Positions 25,998-36,980 of a DNA stretch of 64,000 nt are shown piece after piece. This stretch comes from a virus. The notes beneath the pieces were generated by a model that was not told the origin of the DNA, did not search any database, and worked only from the letters and a program-made list of their open reading frames with translations. Location of the stretch: IMG/VR virus record IMGVR_UViG_3300017780_006957, positions 46,277-110,276 of that record; one strand, written 5' to 3'. The number at the start of each line of letters is the position of its first letter. Position 1 is the first letter of the stretch. Both the position numbers and the translations under genes were made by a program.

Positions 25998-28013
25998 ATG
26001 TATAAATCTAACTTACAAATAATATATTCTTGGCCTGAGGGTCAAGATGATCTTGATTCAGTGACTTCTTTTTTGGGTTACTCTGTAGGCTATGGTTATG
26101 TAGATGGAGACATTCCGCCATACATCACATTTTCTACTGACGATACAAATGCTGGTCCAGAAATTGTTACAATAGATTTGCAGCAAGCCTATTTGGATGG
26201 CGCAATTGGTCCTTTTGTTAATATTCCTTGTCATGCTGATTGGTTTCCCTCGGCAGGTGGGTCTGGGCCAGCTACTATTACATGGATTTATGATGGACAA
26301 TCTTATAGCGAGACTATATATCCAAATAGTATAAATCATGCAGGAAGCATATTTAAAACATTAGTTAAAAATCTTGGAATTGGTGGCGGAAAAATTGCTC
26401 CATATAGTAATAATATTATTTATGAATTCGAACCAATATTCGATTTAAATACTGGTGATTTATCTATTACCGCAACTGGTTATGCTGTTCATCGCGCAAA
26501 AGACGTGTCTTTTGTTTTTAATGTAACAGATAGACAATTAAATATTTTAAATTCTCCTAGTGCTTTATTGGAGAATCCATTCGTAAGAAGCGTAGATATT
26601 GATATTTTAGATATATCTGGAAATACTGTATATGATAATTATATCACAGGCTCTTTCAACAACTCTTTTACTTTAACTGAGGCAGAAAATACTGGAATAT
26701 TTGGAATTTATACTAAAGATTTTGGAATTGGAATTTCTACCGTAGGCGAAAACGCAAATATACACTCTAGTAGATATTTTGTTTATGGTAATGCTTTAGA
26801 AATAGAATCCATTTCTATTACTGATTCTAGTGGCGCTTGGCTTAATAATAATCCCAATCAGTATCAATCTTATATTCCATATTCGACATCAGGAAACGAC
26901 ATGAATGCTCAAAATGTCACAAATAATGCTTTATATATAGATGAATATAAAGATTATGTTAGTGGTTATTTTGCAGAGATATCGGGATTGATTCCGTTTG
27001 CAATTCTTAGCGGCGAATCTTTGAAAATTGATTGGGGTACTGGCCAAATTGATACAATTTTTACTCAAACTGGAGCGAGCGGATTTTCATCAATTTCTGG
27101 AGTTAGTGATTTCAATACTTATACAGGCGATGCCTTACTGACATCTTTAATTGATCCTACTGGAATTGATGGACAAACTTATAGTTTCATAACTGGATGT
27201 AATTATCCAACTGGGGTAACTGGTGTCTATGATATAAAATTTTATTATAGTGGAATAGGAAGCACGGGAAATGAGCTTATTAAAACTACTCAATATAGAA
27301 TCCCAGATGAACTAAAGAGCCAAGGAAAGCCTCAGATTGGAGATTCAGCTACTGGACAAATTGATTTTAATATTGAATTTGAAAATAACCCATTATATAC
27401 TAATTCAAATAAACTAAGCTTATATCTAAATACTGGAAGTGGTATAGAATTAAATACTGGAAATTTAGTTTCAACTATCCCTATATTAACAAATTTAAAA
27501 AATTATTCATTCACTCTTAATAATTCATTAATTAAACCAAATATTCCACAATGGTTTAAAGTCGCGCCATCTAGCGAAATAACAACTGGATACGCTTGGG
27601 AAATTGGACCTTATAATATATATCAGGCCCCCGCTCCCAAAACAAATATTAGTTCAGAATCATTCTCATTATTAAATGGAGACTCAGAAGCTAATATAGA
27701 TTTCCTTACTGGATCGGTTAAGACTAGTTCTATAACTACTATTGATACTTTATTAAAGGGGGCAAGATATAGTTATGAATATCTTACTCAATTTAGAGAT
27801 CAATCTGGATGTTATTGCTCTTCCAAGATCCTTATTGTTGATAATACATCGGGAATAGATCTATCAAGAACGGGTTTATCGTTTTCTGAGTATTCAATAA
27901 GCGATGATTCGTTTGTTAATTATTCCATTAGCGGAGATAATCAAAATATCTACTTGAATGCTCAGTTAAATACTCCAACTGGAATTTATAAACTTTATAA
28001 AACGTCTATCTGA
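25998..28013 (+). CDS. putative tail-associated protein
   Basis: 671 aa beta-rich ORF directly after gpJ. Confidence 0.7.
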   Translation: MYKSNLQIIYSWPEGQDDLDSVTSFLGYSVGYGYVDGDIPPYITFSTDDTNAGPEIVTIDLQQAYLDGAIGPFVNIPCHADWFPSAGGSGPATITWIYDGQSYSETIYPNSINHAGSIFKTLVKNLGIGGGKIAPYSNNIIYEFEPIFDLNTGDLSITATGYAVHRAKDVSFVFNVTDRQLNILNSPSALLENPFVRSVDIDILDISGNTVYDNYITGSFNNSFTLTEAENTGIFGIYTKDFGIGISTVGENANIHSSRYFVYGNALEIESISITDSSGAWLNNNPNQYQSYIPYSTSGNDMNAQNVTNNALYIDEYKDYVSGYFAEISGLIPFAILSGESLKIDWGTGQIDTIFTQTGASGFSSISGVSDFNTYTGDALLTSLIDPTGIDGQTYSFITGCNYPTGVTGVYDIKFYYSGIGSTGNELIKTTQYRIPDELKSQGKPQIGDSATGQIDFNIEFENNPLYTNSNKLSLYLNTGSGIELNTGNLVSTIPILTNLKNYSFTLNNSLIKPNIPQWFKVAPSSEITTGYAWEIGPYNIYQAPAPKTNISSESFSLLNGDSEANIDFLTGSVKTSSITTIDTLLKGARYSYEYLTQFRDQSGCYCSSKILIVDNTSGIDLSRTGLSFSEYSISDDSFVNYSISGDNQNIYLNAQLNTPTGIYKLYKTSI

Positions 28014-28198
28014 TAAGCATTGAAATCTGGATTATTATCTTTTTTGAAATCATTTTTATAAATTGATAGAATTACTTTTTGAGTAGTTCCATCTTTTAAT
28101 TTTATTTCAATAGTTCCAGAAAGATATTGTCGGTCAGCTTTTGTTTTTTTAATCCAAAAGCCTCCGACTTTTTTGTTGCTCCAATTATTTTTTTCCAT
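27995..28198 (-). CDS. small protein, DUF736-like
   Basis: VGGFW.K...YLSG.I...PDF. Confidence 0.6.
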   Translation of the reverse strand: MEKNNWSNKKVGGFWIKKTKADRQYLSGTIEIKLKDGTTQKVILSIYKNDFKKDNNPDFNAYQIDVL

Positions 28199-28352
28199 TT
28201 AGAGTCTCTCTCGTCATCTCAATAAAGATGCCTCGACTGTCTTGTGGAATTTTATTATACTGTTTCTTAACTCTCCTATAAACTCTTCGCGTAATAGGAT
28301 TTGTAATATCTCCAATAGCTTTTCTTAGTTTTTTTGCTGTTCTGTTGTTCAT
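28185..28352 (-). CDS. basic hypothetical protein (55 aa)
   Basis: Manual translation MNNRTAKKLRKAIGDITNPITRRVYRRVKKQY... Confidence 0.55.
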   Translation of the reverse strand: MNNRTAKKLRKAIGDITNPITRRVYRRVKKQYNKIPQDSRGIFIEMTRETLNGKK

Positions 28353-28804
28353 AATTCTGTAATAAATGTTTCTGTATCTTTTATAAAACCCATCTTTTCA
28401 TAAAAACTCATTACTCCGTGGGAATGGGGATGTTTCATTACCCTATTCATTGTAACATATTTAAATTTATTTTGTTTAGCAAAATTTATAGCTTCTTTAA
28501 ATAATTTATAACCCATTTTAGGATTCTTTGATAACCAAAGATATTCAGAAAAAATTCTTTCATTAAATTTCGCATTTTTATCATTAAAAAACATAATAAT
28601 ACAATCGTAATTGTTCCCATTGTGGTTTGCCCATACAAACATATCCCATGCTAAAATATGCTTATTGCCGAAACAGTTTATAATTGTTTCTTTACTGTGT
28701 TTTAAAAAATGATGACCTTGATTTTCGTTTTCAAATTCGAAAAGAGTCGAGATGTCCGAAATTAATGATTCGAAATCTTTGGGATCTAAGATTCTTTTAA
28801 TCAT
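28349..28804 (-). CDS. GNAT-family protein
   Basis: G.KLFKEAINFAK...FYEKMGF. Confidence 0.65.
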   Translation of the reverse strand: MIKRILDPKDFESLISDISTLFEFENENQGHHFLKHSKETIINCFGNKHILAWDMFVWANHNGNNYDCIIMFFNDKNAKFNERIFSEYLWLSKNPKMGYKLFKEAINFAKQNKFKYVTMNRVMKHPHSHGVMSFYEKMGFIKDTETFITEL

Positions 28805-29625
28805 TTTTTATTGATCAAAGGAAGAAGAATTCGGGCTTCTTTAGCTGGAATATCTTCAAATTGTTTCCAGTCTTTAATTCCTTCATAACGATACTTTTCT
28901 AATGACCAGAGATCTCTTAAAATGATCCTGAAGCCTTCGAAATCTGCAACACCGTGTTTCTCTCGCAAAGTCTTTTCAAGGATGCCCGTTGGAGTTACAG
29001 GGATGATAGAACTGTCGTGTCCAGAAGATTCAACTGATGGGCCGAATGAATTCTTGGATTTATCAATTTCATCTGCTCCGACAATATGAATATTAAGGAA
29101 ATTACGAACACAACGAACAAATGCTCGATTACATGCTATAGTCTCAAGAAACTTCGCGCAGAAATCATCTGTATTAGCGAGTGTGGCATTGGCTACATCT
29201 TCATAACAAACATGAAAGTCAGCAGTATGCTCATAATTAGTAATCCAAGAAATCCTACATTTTGCTACAACATAATTCTCATTAACATGATTAATATCGT
29301 ATGAAACAGAGTGAAACCCGCGAAGCTTTGCAATTTCCTTGATGCCCCCAAGCATAATAAGAAGTTGATTGTCCTTTAATCCTTCAACAGAAGACGGCGC
29401 TTCTTTCTTGCGAATATCAAACCACCCTTTATTTGGATAAAGGAATTCGTCTTTAATCATCTTGCGCCAATTAACTGAACCGTCGTCATTAAACACATAT
29501 GATTGAGACTCAATCAGTCCATATTCATTTCTTTTATATTTTTCATGAAACGCTAACGGAGGAATAGAAGATGGTTCTATTTCCTGTGTGATTTCTTCTT
29601 CTTGTTTTGATTTAATTTTGCTCAT
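28801..29625 (-). CDS. hypothetical, possible Rad52/Sak-like annealing protein
   Basis: IA.NRAFVRCVRNFLNI..VG.DE resembles recombinase C-terminal motif; uncertain. Confidence 0.5.
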   Translation of the reverse strand: MSKIKSKQEEEITQEIEPSSIPPLAFHEKYKRNEYGLIESQSYVFNDDGSVNWRKMIKDEFLYPNKGWFDIRKKEAPSSVEGLKDNQLLIMLGGIKEIAKLRGFHSVSYDINHVNENYVVAKCRISWITNYEHTADFHVCYEDVANATLANTDDFCAKFLETIACNRAFVRCVRNFLNIHIVGADEIDKSKNSFGPSVESSGHDSSIIPVTPTGILEKTLREKHGVADFEGFRIILRDLWSLEKYRYEGIKDWKQFEDIPAKEARILLPLINKK

Positions 29626-30766
29626 AGATATAAAAGTGTTCTTGCTCTTCCCAGTATTTAGGAGTATCCAACACATTCATTCTTTGGTCAACACTTTTTT
29701 CTTTAATTCTACAATGAGCTAAACTTGGATATTCAACACCATTCTCAAAAACTCTTTTGCCAGAAAGAAAAAGATTTTTGGATGAAATGTTTTCTGGTTT
29801 TTCTTTATTTTGAGAATAAAAATTTACCGAATGATCAAAATATTTATTTTTTAAATATGAAAAATCCTCTTCTATTTTCGTCATTAATTGCAACTCAATG
29901 CCCCAAAGTTTTAAGATTTCAAAATACTTTTCTGGTATTTCTCCAAAACTTTTGTCGATAAAAACTGATATTTTTTTAATATTATGTCTATTTTTTTCCA
30001 ATCCAGATAGTTGGATGAGCTGATTAGCAACTATACAAACTTTATAATTTTCACAATATTTTATAAAAGCTTCTTGATCATATCCTTCGTCAACCCTTAA
30101 AAATAATAGTTCATTTTGATTAATGGGTATTGGAGTGAAAGACGTAGGAACGACTTCGGTAATCCCATTATTGAATAATTCACCAACTTTAATTGTTTTA
30201 AAATTTATTCTTTTATTAATTTTTAATAGATCTAAAATAGATTGAGCAATTTGTTCTACTTTTATTTTATTAATTTCTGATTTTGGATCTTGTAAATTTA
30301 AACATGGTTTAACATCCCAAATTGGAGCAATATCTTTTTTCTTATCATTTTTTGACCAATAGCCATTACTAATGCTTGGATATGTATTGCCAAATAAATT
30401 AACCAACGGGGCGTTTTTGCTACTCACATAATGCGAATAAACATTATCTACCCCAATATGTAATAATGAATTAGATAAGATGTTTGCATACTGCTTAAAT
30501 GATAACCCACCTAAAACTTTATTAACACCATTTAGAGCGCGACCCTTGCAATCAATTTGAATAATTTTTATATTTTGTTGCTGAAGGATTGGGTTTATTA
30601 AATCCAGCATTAAATTAAAATGTTTATAGTTTTTAGATTGTATATTTTCTTCAGAATAAATAGTAATATATTTGTTTTCTGGAATGGGAAAATAATGTTC
30701 TGAAATTATTGGTTTTGATATTAAAACTCCTAAATTTTTTGCGTATTCTTCTAAAATGTGAGACAT
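29612..30766 (-). CDS. GT-B glycosyltransferase-like (GT9-like)
   Basis: LHIGVDN...H......P.V.LFG. Confidence 0.7.
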   Translation of the reverse strand: MSHILEEYAKNLGVLISKPIISEHYFPIPENKYITIYSEENIQSKNYKHFNLMLDLINPILQQQNIKIIQIDCKGRALNGVNKVLGGLSFKQYANILSNSLLHIGVDNVYSHYVSSKNAPLVNLFGNTYPSISNGYWSKNDKKKDIAPIWDVKPCLNLQDPKSEINKIKVEQIAQSILDLLKINKRINFKTIKVGELFNNGITEVVPTSFTPIPINQNELLFLRVDEGYDQEAFIKYCENYKVCIVANQLIQLSGLEKNRHNIKKISVFIDKSFGEIPEKYFEILKLWGIELQLMTKIEEDFSYLKNKYFDHSVNFYSQNKEKPENISSKNLFLSGKRVFENGVEYPSLAHCRIKEKSVDQRMNVLDTPKYWEEQEHFYIYEQN

Positions 30767-30767
30767 A

Positions 30768-32672
30768 TTATTCTGATAATGAAAATTGATGTTTGTTTAC
30801 CCCGTTATGTAAATAACAGATATTTTTCTGAGTTGTTGTATGGGGATAGAAAGCCATTTCAAAAAATCCTTTATGATCGCCGCCGCCCTCTAGAATTAAA
30901 ATATTTTCTAATAATTCTGAATATTCCATGCATTTATATATATACGGGTTATCTTCGATAAAATTAAAATATTCTGGTCTAGTGAATATATAGATATTGT
31001 ATTGGGGATACTGTTTTTTTAAATTTTTCATCAACGAATTAATTAATAAAACATCAGTATCTGATTGTGGGATAATTACTGCAATTCTTTTGCCCTCATC
31101 TTTGGAGTCGAACAAAGAGCCAAAATCAATTTTTATATTTTTAGAATTTAATTGTTTTGAAATATTTCTAAAATGTTCGATAATTTGATTACCATTTATT
31201 TCATTGCTTTCAATTTTATTTATCCAAAATTTAAATGCGCTTGAGTTAACATCTACATCTTCATTTGCAAAATTCTTATGTAAATCAATTATGAATTCAT
31301 GAGCGTTCATGTTTTCTTTTGGATTGTAATTTTCATTTAAAACAATTGGTGTGTTTTCAAAGTCATAATCTACAGTAGGCATATTATCAATAATATCCTC
31401 TAATTGTTTACCTATAACTTCTATTGAAAAATTATCTATAGCCCACTGGCGAGAAATCTTTTCAATTTCGCGTTTAGTGGTTTGATCCATTTTATAAACA
31501 TTCTCAATTTCTGAACATATGCTATCAGAATCAGTCGATGCTTTAATGAATTGAGTTCCAGGTTCTCGATATTCGCTCCACTTCAATGGGACTCCCCCAC
31601 TTTCTATTGAGCAATTGTCCTCCCCACAAGAATAATCTGTGACAAGTGTTATTAGTTCTGTTAACTTGGCTTCTTGGATTGGTATTTCTTGACCGCCGCT
31701 AGTGAATGGGTGGCAGTATAAATCCATTAAGTTGTATATTTCGTTCAGCTGTGTTTCGGAAACTCCTTGACTAACATTGGTTGTATTAACGGATTTTGCA
31801 GTATTGCATTTTGGGCAATTTTGTTCTTGACCAGTGAATGGCCTCACTTCATATGAATTACATTTTGAACAAAAATAAGTTGTTAAAATATCATTTGAAT
31901 TTATATTCTTTTCTCTCAAAAATTCTGGAATATTCCAACCTTCACTCCAATGGGTATGTAAAAGTAATTTAGCTTTAACTTGTGGATTTTTATTTTGAAA
32001 CTTTTTAAATCCATCTAAAATGTTAGGGACTGATTTTCTTAATTGGTTTCTAAATACAAATCCAATTATAAAATTATCTTTTGGTATATTGTTTTTCTCT
32101 CTTAGCGCAGACCTTTCTTCATCGCTAAATCTAAAAAAGTTTTTAGTATCCAAAGATCCTCTTAGAGTTTTAATATGATTATATCCAATTTTATTGAATG
32201 CTTTTTCTGCAAATGATGCCCAAACAAAATAGTTTTTAATTTTGGGTGCAAAATCAATAGCTTGTTGCAGAATTGGCAAACTATCTAAAGTCGTCCATAC
32301 CATACAATTGACTTTATTCCACCAAGGCTTTTTATCAAAATCGTTAAAAGCCCAGATATCTTCTATTCCAATGTATACGTCTGGCTTAACTTTTTTGATA
32401 ATATCGTCAATCATTAATGCCCCATATCCAGCAGATCTTTGCTGTTCTTGATTTAATGATTGTAGTGTTTGGGCGGGAGGTAGGGTTCCGTAGCATTCCC
32501 ACGGAACCGTTTTCGTTATTGGGTCTTGAAAACCAATTCCATTTGCAGCTTCTACTATAGTATATTTTCCAGTAGAAAATAAATAACGTAAAATATTTTT
32601 TTTATTTTTACCAAAACCTGTAAAAGCTTTGCAAAAATTAGAATGAATTAATACAGTTTTTTTATTTGTCAT
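30768..32672 (-). CDS. glycosyltransferase (GT4-like) with Zn ribbon insert
   Basis: GFVFRNQLRK, CSKC...CPKC, LNEIYN.MD...P..SGGQEIPIQEA. Confidence 0.8.
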   Translation of the reverse strand: MTNKKTVLIHSNFCKAFTGFGKNKKNILRYLFSTGKYTIVEAANGIGFQDPITKTVPWECYGTLPPAQTLQSLNQEQQRSAGYGALMIDDIIKKVKPDVYIGIEDIWAFNDFDKKPWWNKVNCMVWTTLDSLPILQQAIDFAPKIKNYFVWASFAEKAFNKIGYNHIKTLRGSLDTKNFFRFSDEERSALREKNNIPKDNFIIGFVFRNQLRKSVPNILDGFKKFQNKNPQVKAKLLLHTHWSEGWNIPEFLREKNINSNDILTTYFCSKCNSYEVRPFTGQEQNCPKCNTAKSVNTTNVSQGVSETQLNEIYNLMDLYCHPFTSGGQEIPIQEAKLTELITLVTDYSCGEDNCSIESGGVPLKWSEYREPGTQFIKASTDSDSICSEIENVYKMDQTTKREIEKISRQWAIDNFSIEVIGKQLEDIIDNMPTVDYDFENTPIVLNENYNPKENMNAHEFIIDLHKNFANEDVDVNSSAFKFWINKIESNEINGNQIIEHFRNISKQLNSKNIKIDFGSLFDSKDEGKRIAVIIPQSDTDVLLINSLMKNLKKQYPQYNIYIFTRPEYFNFIEDNPYIYKCMEYSELLENILILEGGGDHKGFFEMAFYPHTTTQKNICYLHNGVNKHQFSLSE

Positions 32673-33126
32673 TTGCTGCTTGTCTTGCGTAATAAATTTC
32701 ATTTAATGCAAATTTGAAAAATTGGCACAAAGCATAAGCCTCTGACATCTCTACCCCCATACCAAATTTATTTGCGGAATTTCTAATAATAGAAAATGAA
32801 AAAGCTTTTTGTCCATTCTTTTTCGTATAAGGCTTGAAAGATATTGCAGTTTTATTTTCCTCATATGTATGAAAAGCAGAAAATTCTGTATACTGTTCAA
32901 TGGCGTAAATAAATCCACCTAGTTCGTTCTCGTTTAATTTGAGAGAAATTGATTTTTCTGGATTTTTGGAATTTTCAGAAAATGAGCCATTTTTTGTTTT
33001 TTCATTCCAAGAAAATTGCTGAATGGCTGTTATAAAAATTGACGGCTCTTTATTTTTATTGCCAGTTCCTAATTGGAATCCAAAAGCAGATCCAGTATTG
33101 CTGGAGTTTGGTTTGTATAATTTCAT
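32662..33126 (-). CDS. hypothetical, possible ssDNA-binding protein
   Basis: 154 aa ORF. Confidence 0.55.
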   Translation of the reverse strand: MKLYKPNSSNTGSAFGFQLGTGNKNKEPSIFITAIQQFSWNEKTKNGSFSENSKNPEKSISLKLNENELGGFIYAIEQYTEFSAFHTYEENKTAISFKPYTKKNGQKAFSFSIIRNSANKFGMGVEMSEAYALCQFFKFALNEIYYARQAANDK

Positions 33127-33159
33127 GCAAGATTATATCAAATTTATTTAAAAAATCTA

Positions 33160-34233
33160 TTAAGCTTTTTGATCTAAAATAGGCTCAGTAAGCGTTTTAA
33201 ATATAAAGTCTTTATTATCTTTGAAATATTTAATACTCATATATCTATCATAAGAATCGTAAAATTTATCAGATATATTGATAATCATATCAATTCTTTC
33301 TGAGCTATAGAGATAAACTTCTTTTAAATAATTAGTCATTAATTCTATTGCTTTTTTAATCAAACTTATTTTATAACATTTTTTATATAGACTAAGAGTA
33401 TTTGAATTAAATTCAATTTTTAAATTTGAGCAAAATTTTTCTAATAACACGTATTCAAGGTTTTCTGGAACTCCAAGTTCTATAAAAAGCTCGTTTAGAT
33501 CAAAAAAACAATGAGAACTATAACAATTATCAAAATTAATAAATTTAAATACGCCATTTCTAGAGATAATATTTTTTGCGCTTAAAGATCCATGACATAT
33601 AAATGTCTTATCCTCGAAAGATTCATCGTATAATACTAATAATTCATTTTTCATATCATCCATTATTTTTTTTAATAAATTAAAATTAGTATAATTTTTA
33701 ATGGCATTAATACTGTCTTCCGTTAAAAGTTCAGAAATATTTGATGTCTGAAAGTATTCGGATATATTCTGTTTATATGATATATTAATTTTTTTAGAAT
33801 CTTGCATTAAAGCGTATGTTTTACAAAAACTATTGAAGTTTTCTAGCAAAAATGACCTTCCTAATTCTTCAAGAGATTCTGATTCCTCATATGAAGTAAT
33901 AATATATCTTAAATCGTCTCCGATTTTAATTGCTCCATCTTTTATATATTTAGGGCAAATTAAATTATTAATTTTATTTAAACAACTGGCTTCATGTTGT
34001 ATTTTTTTGCAATCTTTATCAAGGGAGATTTTTATGCAATAAAATGAATCTCTATATGTATATCTATATACGTCATAATCTTCGGTTGTTTCTATAAATT
34101 TTATATCTATGGGGAAGATAGGTTCATCTAGTGAATTTAATAAGCATTTCACTAACTCTGTTTCGCTATCACTAGATTCGACATGAATAGGCAAAACATA
34201 AGCTTTATTTTTGAGTAAATTGCCAATAGACAT
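33160..34233 (-). CDS. APH/choline kinase-fold protein, degenerate active site
   Basis: ICHGSLSAKNII, FINFD, FFDL. Confidence 0.65.
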   Translation of the reverse strand: MSIGNLLKNKAYVLPIHVESSDSETELVKCLLNSLDEPIFPIDIKFIETTEDYDVYRYTYRDSFYCIKISLDKDCKKIQHEASCLNKINNLICPKYIKDGAIKIGDDLRYIITSYEESESLEELGRSFLLENFNSFCKTYALMQDSKKINISYKQNISEYFQTSNISELLTEDSINAIKNYTNFNLLKKIMDDMKNELLVLYDESFEDKTFICHGSLSAKNIISRNGVFKFINFDNCYSSHCFFDLNELFIELGVPENLEYVLLEKFCSNLKIEFNSNTLSLYKKCYKISLIKKAIELMTNYLKEVYLYSSERIDMIINISDKFYDSYDRYMSIKYFKDNKDFIFKTLTEPILDQKA

Positions 34234-34246
34234 TATTAGATAATAT

Positions 34247-34280
34247 AAAAAAGACTCTATTTTTCAATAGAGTCTTTTTT
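34247..34280. terminator. intrinsic terminator
   Basis: AAAAAAGACTCTAT/ATAGAGTCTTTTTT. Confidence 0.85.
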
Positions 34281-34300
34281 ATTGTTAATGATTATTTGAA

Positions 34301-34531
34301 TTAATAAGCCTTTCCGACAACTCGACCAGAGATTGTTACCCCAATAATGCTTGACTTGGCAAGCTTTACGTTTGAGCGTGAATTACGATCATAGATCATA
34401 ACATACGCTGGAGTTTCACTCTGAAACTGTGCATTAATTGCAGGACGGTTATTGGTGTAGAGTCCAAAGAAACGTCCTCGGCTATTGCGGATTTCATTGA
34501 TTACGCTGTTTTGCTGTTTTGTGTTATTCAT
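34301..34531 (-). CDS. hypothetical protein
   Basis: 76 aa ORF. Confidence 0.65.
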   Translation of the reverse strand: MNNTKQQNSVINEIRNSRGRFFGLYTNNRPAINAQFQSETPAYVMIYDRNSRSNVKLAKSSIIGVTISGRVVGKAY

Positions 34532-34542
34532 ATATAGTGATA

Positions 34543-36969
34543 TTAACCGATATTAATTGAGTTGTCAATGATTTTTACTGAGATTTGTGATTTTTTTGAA
34601 TTTTGAATAATAAACTTCGAAATTGGCACTTGCAGTTTGTTGCGAACAAAATCTTTAATGCTTCTGGCGTGAAGTTTTTCTTTTTTTAATGAATTTAAAA
34701 TGAATTCCGAGATGGCTTTATTAAAAGTCATTTTAATATTTTGTTGTTTGAGTTTATTTTGAATAGTTGAAATTTCAAAATTAATGATTGATTCGAATTC
34801 TTTATCTCCAAGTTCATTAAAAACTAAAATATTATTAAGTCTTGCGACAAATTCTGGTTTCAAATATTTTTTTACTGAATCTTTGTATATTTCTTGAGCT
34901 GGGGGCGAGTCATTAATAAAACCCATCGATACAGCTTCTTTTTTATCATGCCCAATATTACTAGTCAGGATGACGATTGATTTGGCGAATGATATTTTAT
35001 TATTTAAATTATCATTGACATATCCTTCATCTAATAAATGAAGCAATAGATTGAGAATCTCAGGATCACATTTCTCTACCTCATCGAAGAGAACCACGCA
35101 ATTGGGGTTGTTCCTTACAAATTCGGTTAAAAGCCCTCCTTGGTCAAATCCTACATAGCCAGCATTAGCGCCAATCAATTTACTGATGCCAGTTTTCTCT
35201 TGGTACTCGCTCATATTGATTTGGATAAATGCTTTTTCATTACCATAAAAATGTTTGGCGATTTTTTTGGCTGTATAGGTTTTGCCTACACTGGTTGGGC
35301 CAACAAAAAATAAACTAGCTAATGGTTTGTCGTTATCATTAAGCCCGACTTTGGCGCAAGACAAAATATCAGTAATCTCTTCAATGTTTTTGGATTGACC
35401 AAAAACCTCTTTTTCTATATTGTTTTGAAAATTAGAAAATTCATTATTATTAACCGCAATTGAGCCTTCTGATAAACCAGTTTTTTCCGAAATAACTTTA
35501 ATAACATCTGATAATTTAATTTTAAACCTTTTATTCTTAATTGTCTCATTAAATTCTCCAACACACAAAACATACTGCATTAAAAGATCTTCACAATATG
35601 CCTGTTCATCTATATCTTGATCTACTTTAACATCATTTAATTTTTCGATTAGATATTTTTGCAAGTTTTTAATATCTTCTGGAAGTTGAAGGTTTTTAAT
35701 TTTAACTTTAGCGCCAACTAAATCCATAATATCAAAGGCTTTATCTGGGAAGTTTTTATGAGGAATATATTTCTCACAAAGATTGACGATTGTATCGATA
35801 ATTTGTGGAGTATAGCTTACATGGTGGAAGTCTTCATAATCGCTCACGCAATTTTTAATAATTTCCATAGTCTGTTCTTTGGGCGGTGCTTCGATTTTTA
35901 CGGGATCAAATCTCCTTTTCATTGCCCCGTCTTTTTCAAAATATTTTTTATATTCTGCGTTGGTGGTCGCGCCAATACATTTAAAATTGCCTCTAGCTAA
36001 TGCTGGTTTTAAAATATTTGCTGCATCCAAAGAACCCTCTGAACTGCCAGTTCCTACAATATTGTGAATTTCATCAAAAAATAAAATAATATTTTCTTTT
36101 TCAGAAGCAGCCTCAATTAATTGTTTTAATTTTTCTTCGAAATCTCCCCTATAGCGAGTGCCAGCGACCATAGATGCCAAATCTACGCTATAAATACGAA
36201 GATCGAGTAAATTCGATGGGACATCTTGAGAGATAATTCTTTGGGCTAACCCTTCAACAATCGCAGTCTTGCCAACCCCGCCTTCACCAATTAAAATTGC
36301 GTTACTTTTTATTTTTTTAGAAAGGATTTCGATGACTTCATTAATTTCTTTATCGCGTCCAGAGATAAAATTAAATTTACCGTCGATAGCCTCTTGATTT
36401 AAGAATGAACAATATAATTCTAAAGATTTATTTTTTTTCTTTTCACTAAATTTTGTTTGAGTAGTTTTTTCTTCTGTTGATTTTTCTGAAGTTTCGACTG
36501 GAGTATTTGAGAACGACTCTATGTGTTCTTTGACAACTTGTTTTAAACTATCAATATCAATTTTTTTAAATTTTAAAAATTCACATAAATTTTTTGAGTT
36601 TTCTAAAATAGAATAAAAAATATGTTCAATTCCAATATAATCATGCTCGTAAACTTCAGATAGTTTTTGAGCGTACGAGATCGTTTCTGCCGTTTCTTCG
36701 TGCCATGATTCAACAGAAAAATCGCTAATAAAATCTTTTGGATATTTTTTGAAATAACTCGACATTAAATGTTCACAATTAATTAGGGAAACATCAATAT
36801 CATTAATTTCCAACATCATTGTTAAATCTTCAGATAGATTTTTAAAACAACCATAATATAGGTGGGTGTTATTGATTATATTGTGAGCATTTTCAACGGC
36901 AAATTCTTTTGCGTGTTTATAGGCTTTTTTTGCTCTTGGTGTCAAATTAAAATTATTGATTGCCATCAT
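34543..36969 (-). CDS. ClpA/ClpC-like AAA+ chaperone
   Basis: Clp_N repeats, [40 protein letters not shown]. Confidence 0.93.
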   Translation of the reverse strand: MMAINNFNLTPRAKKAYKHAKEFAVENAHNIINNTHLYYGCFKNLSEDLTMMLEINDIDVSLINCEHLMSSYFKKYPKDFISDFSVESWHEETAETISYAQKLSEVYEHDYIGIEHIFYSILENSKNLCEFLKFKKIDIDSLKQVVKEHIESFSNTPVETSEKSTEEKTTQTKFSEKKKNKSLELYCSFLNQEAIDGKFNFISGRDKEINEVIEILSKKIKSNAILIGEGGVGKTAIVEGLAQRIISQDVPSNLLDLRIYSVDLASMVAGTRYRGDFEEKLKQLIEAASEKENIILFFDEIHNIVGTGSSEGSLDAANILKPALARGNFKCIGATTNAEYKKYFEKDGAMKRRFDPVKIEAPPKEQTMEIIKNCVSDYEDFHHVSYTPQIIDTIVNLCEKYIPHKNFPDKAFDIMDLVGAKVKIKNLQLPEDIKNLQKYLIEKLNDVKVDQDIDEQAYCEDLLMQYVLCVGEFNETIKNKRFKIKLSDVIKVISEKTGLSEGSIAVNNNEFSNFQNNIEKEVFGQSKNIEEITDILSCAKVGLNDNDKPLASLFFVGPTSVGKTYTAKKIAKHFYGNEKAFIQINMSEYQEKTGISKLIGANAGYVGFDQGGLLTEFVRNNPNCVVLFDEVEKCDPEILNLLLHLLDEGYVNDNLNNKISFAKSIVILTSNIGHDKKEAVSMGFINDSPPAQEIYKDSVKKYLKPEFVARLNNILVFNELGDKEFESIINFEISTIQNKLKQQNIKMTFNKAISEFILNSLKKEKLHARSIKDFVRNKLQVPISKFIIQNSKKSQISVKIIDNSINIG

Positions 36970-36980
36970 ATTTTTTACAC

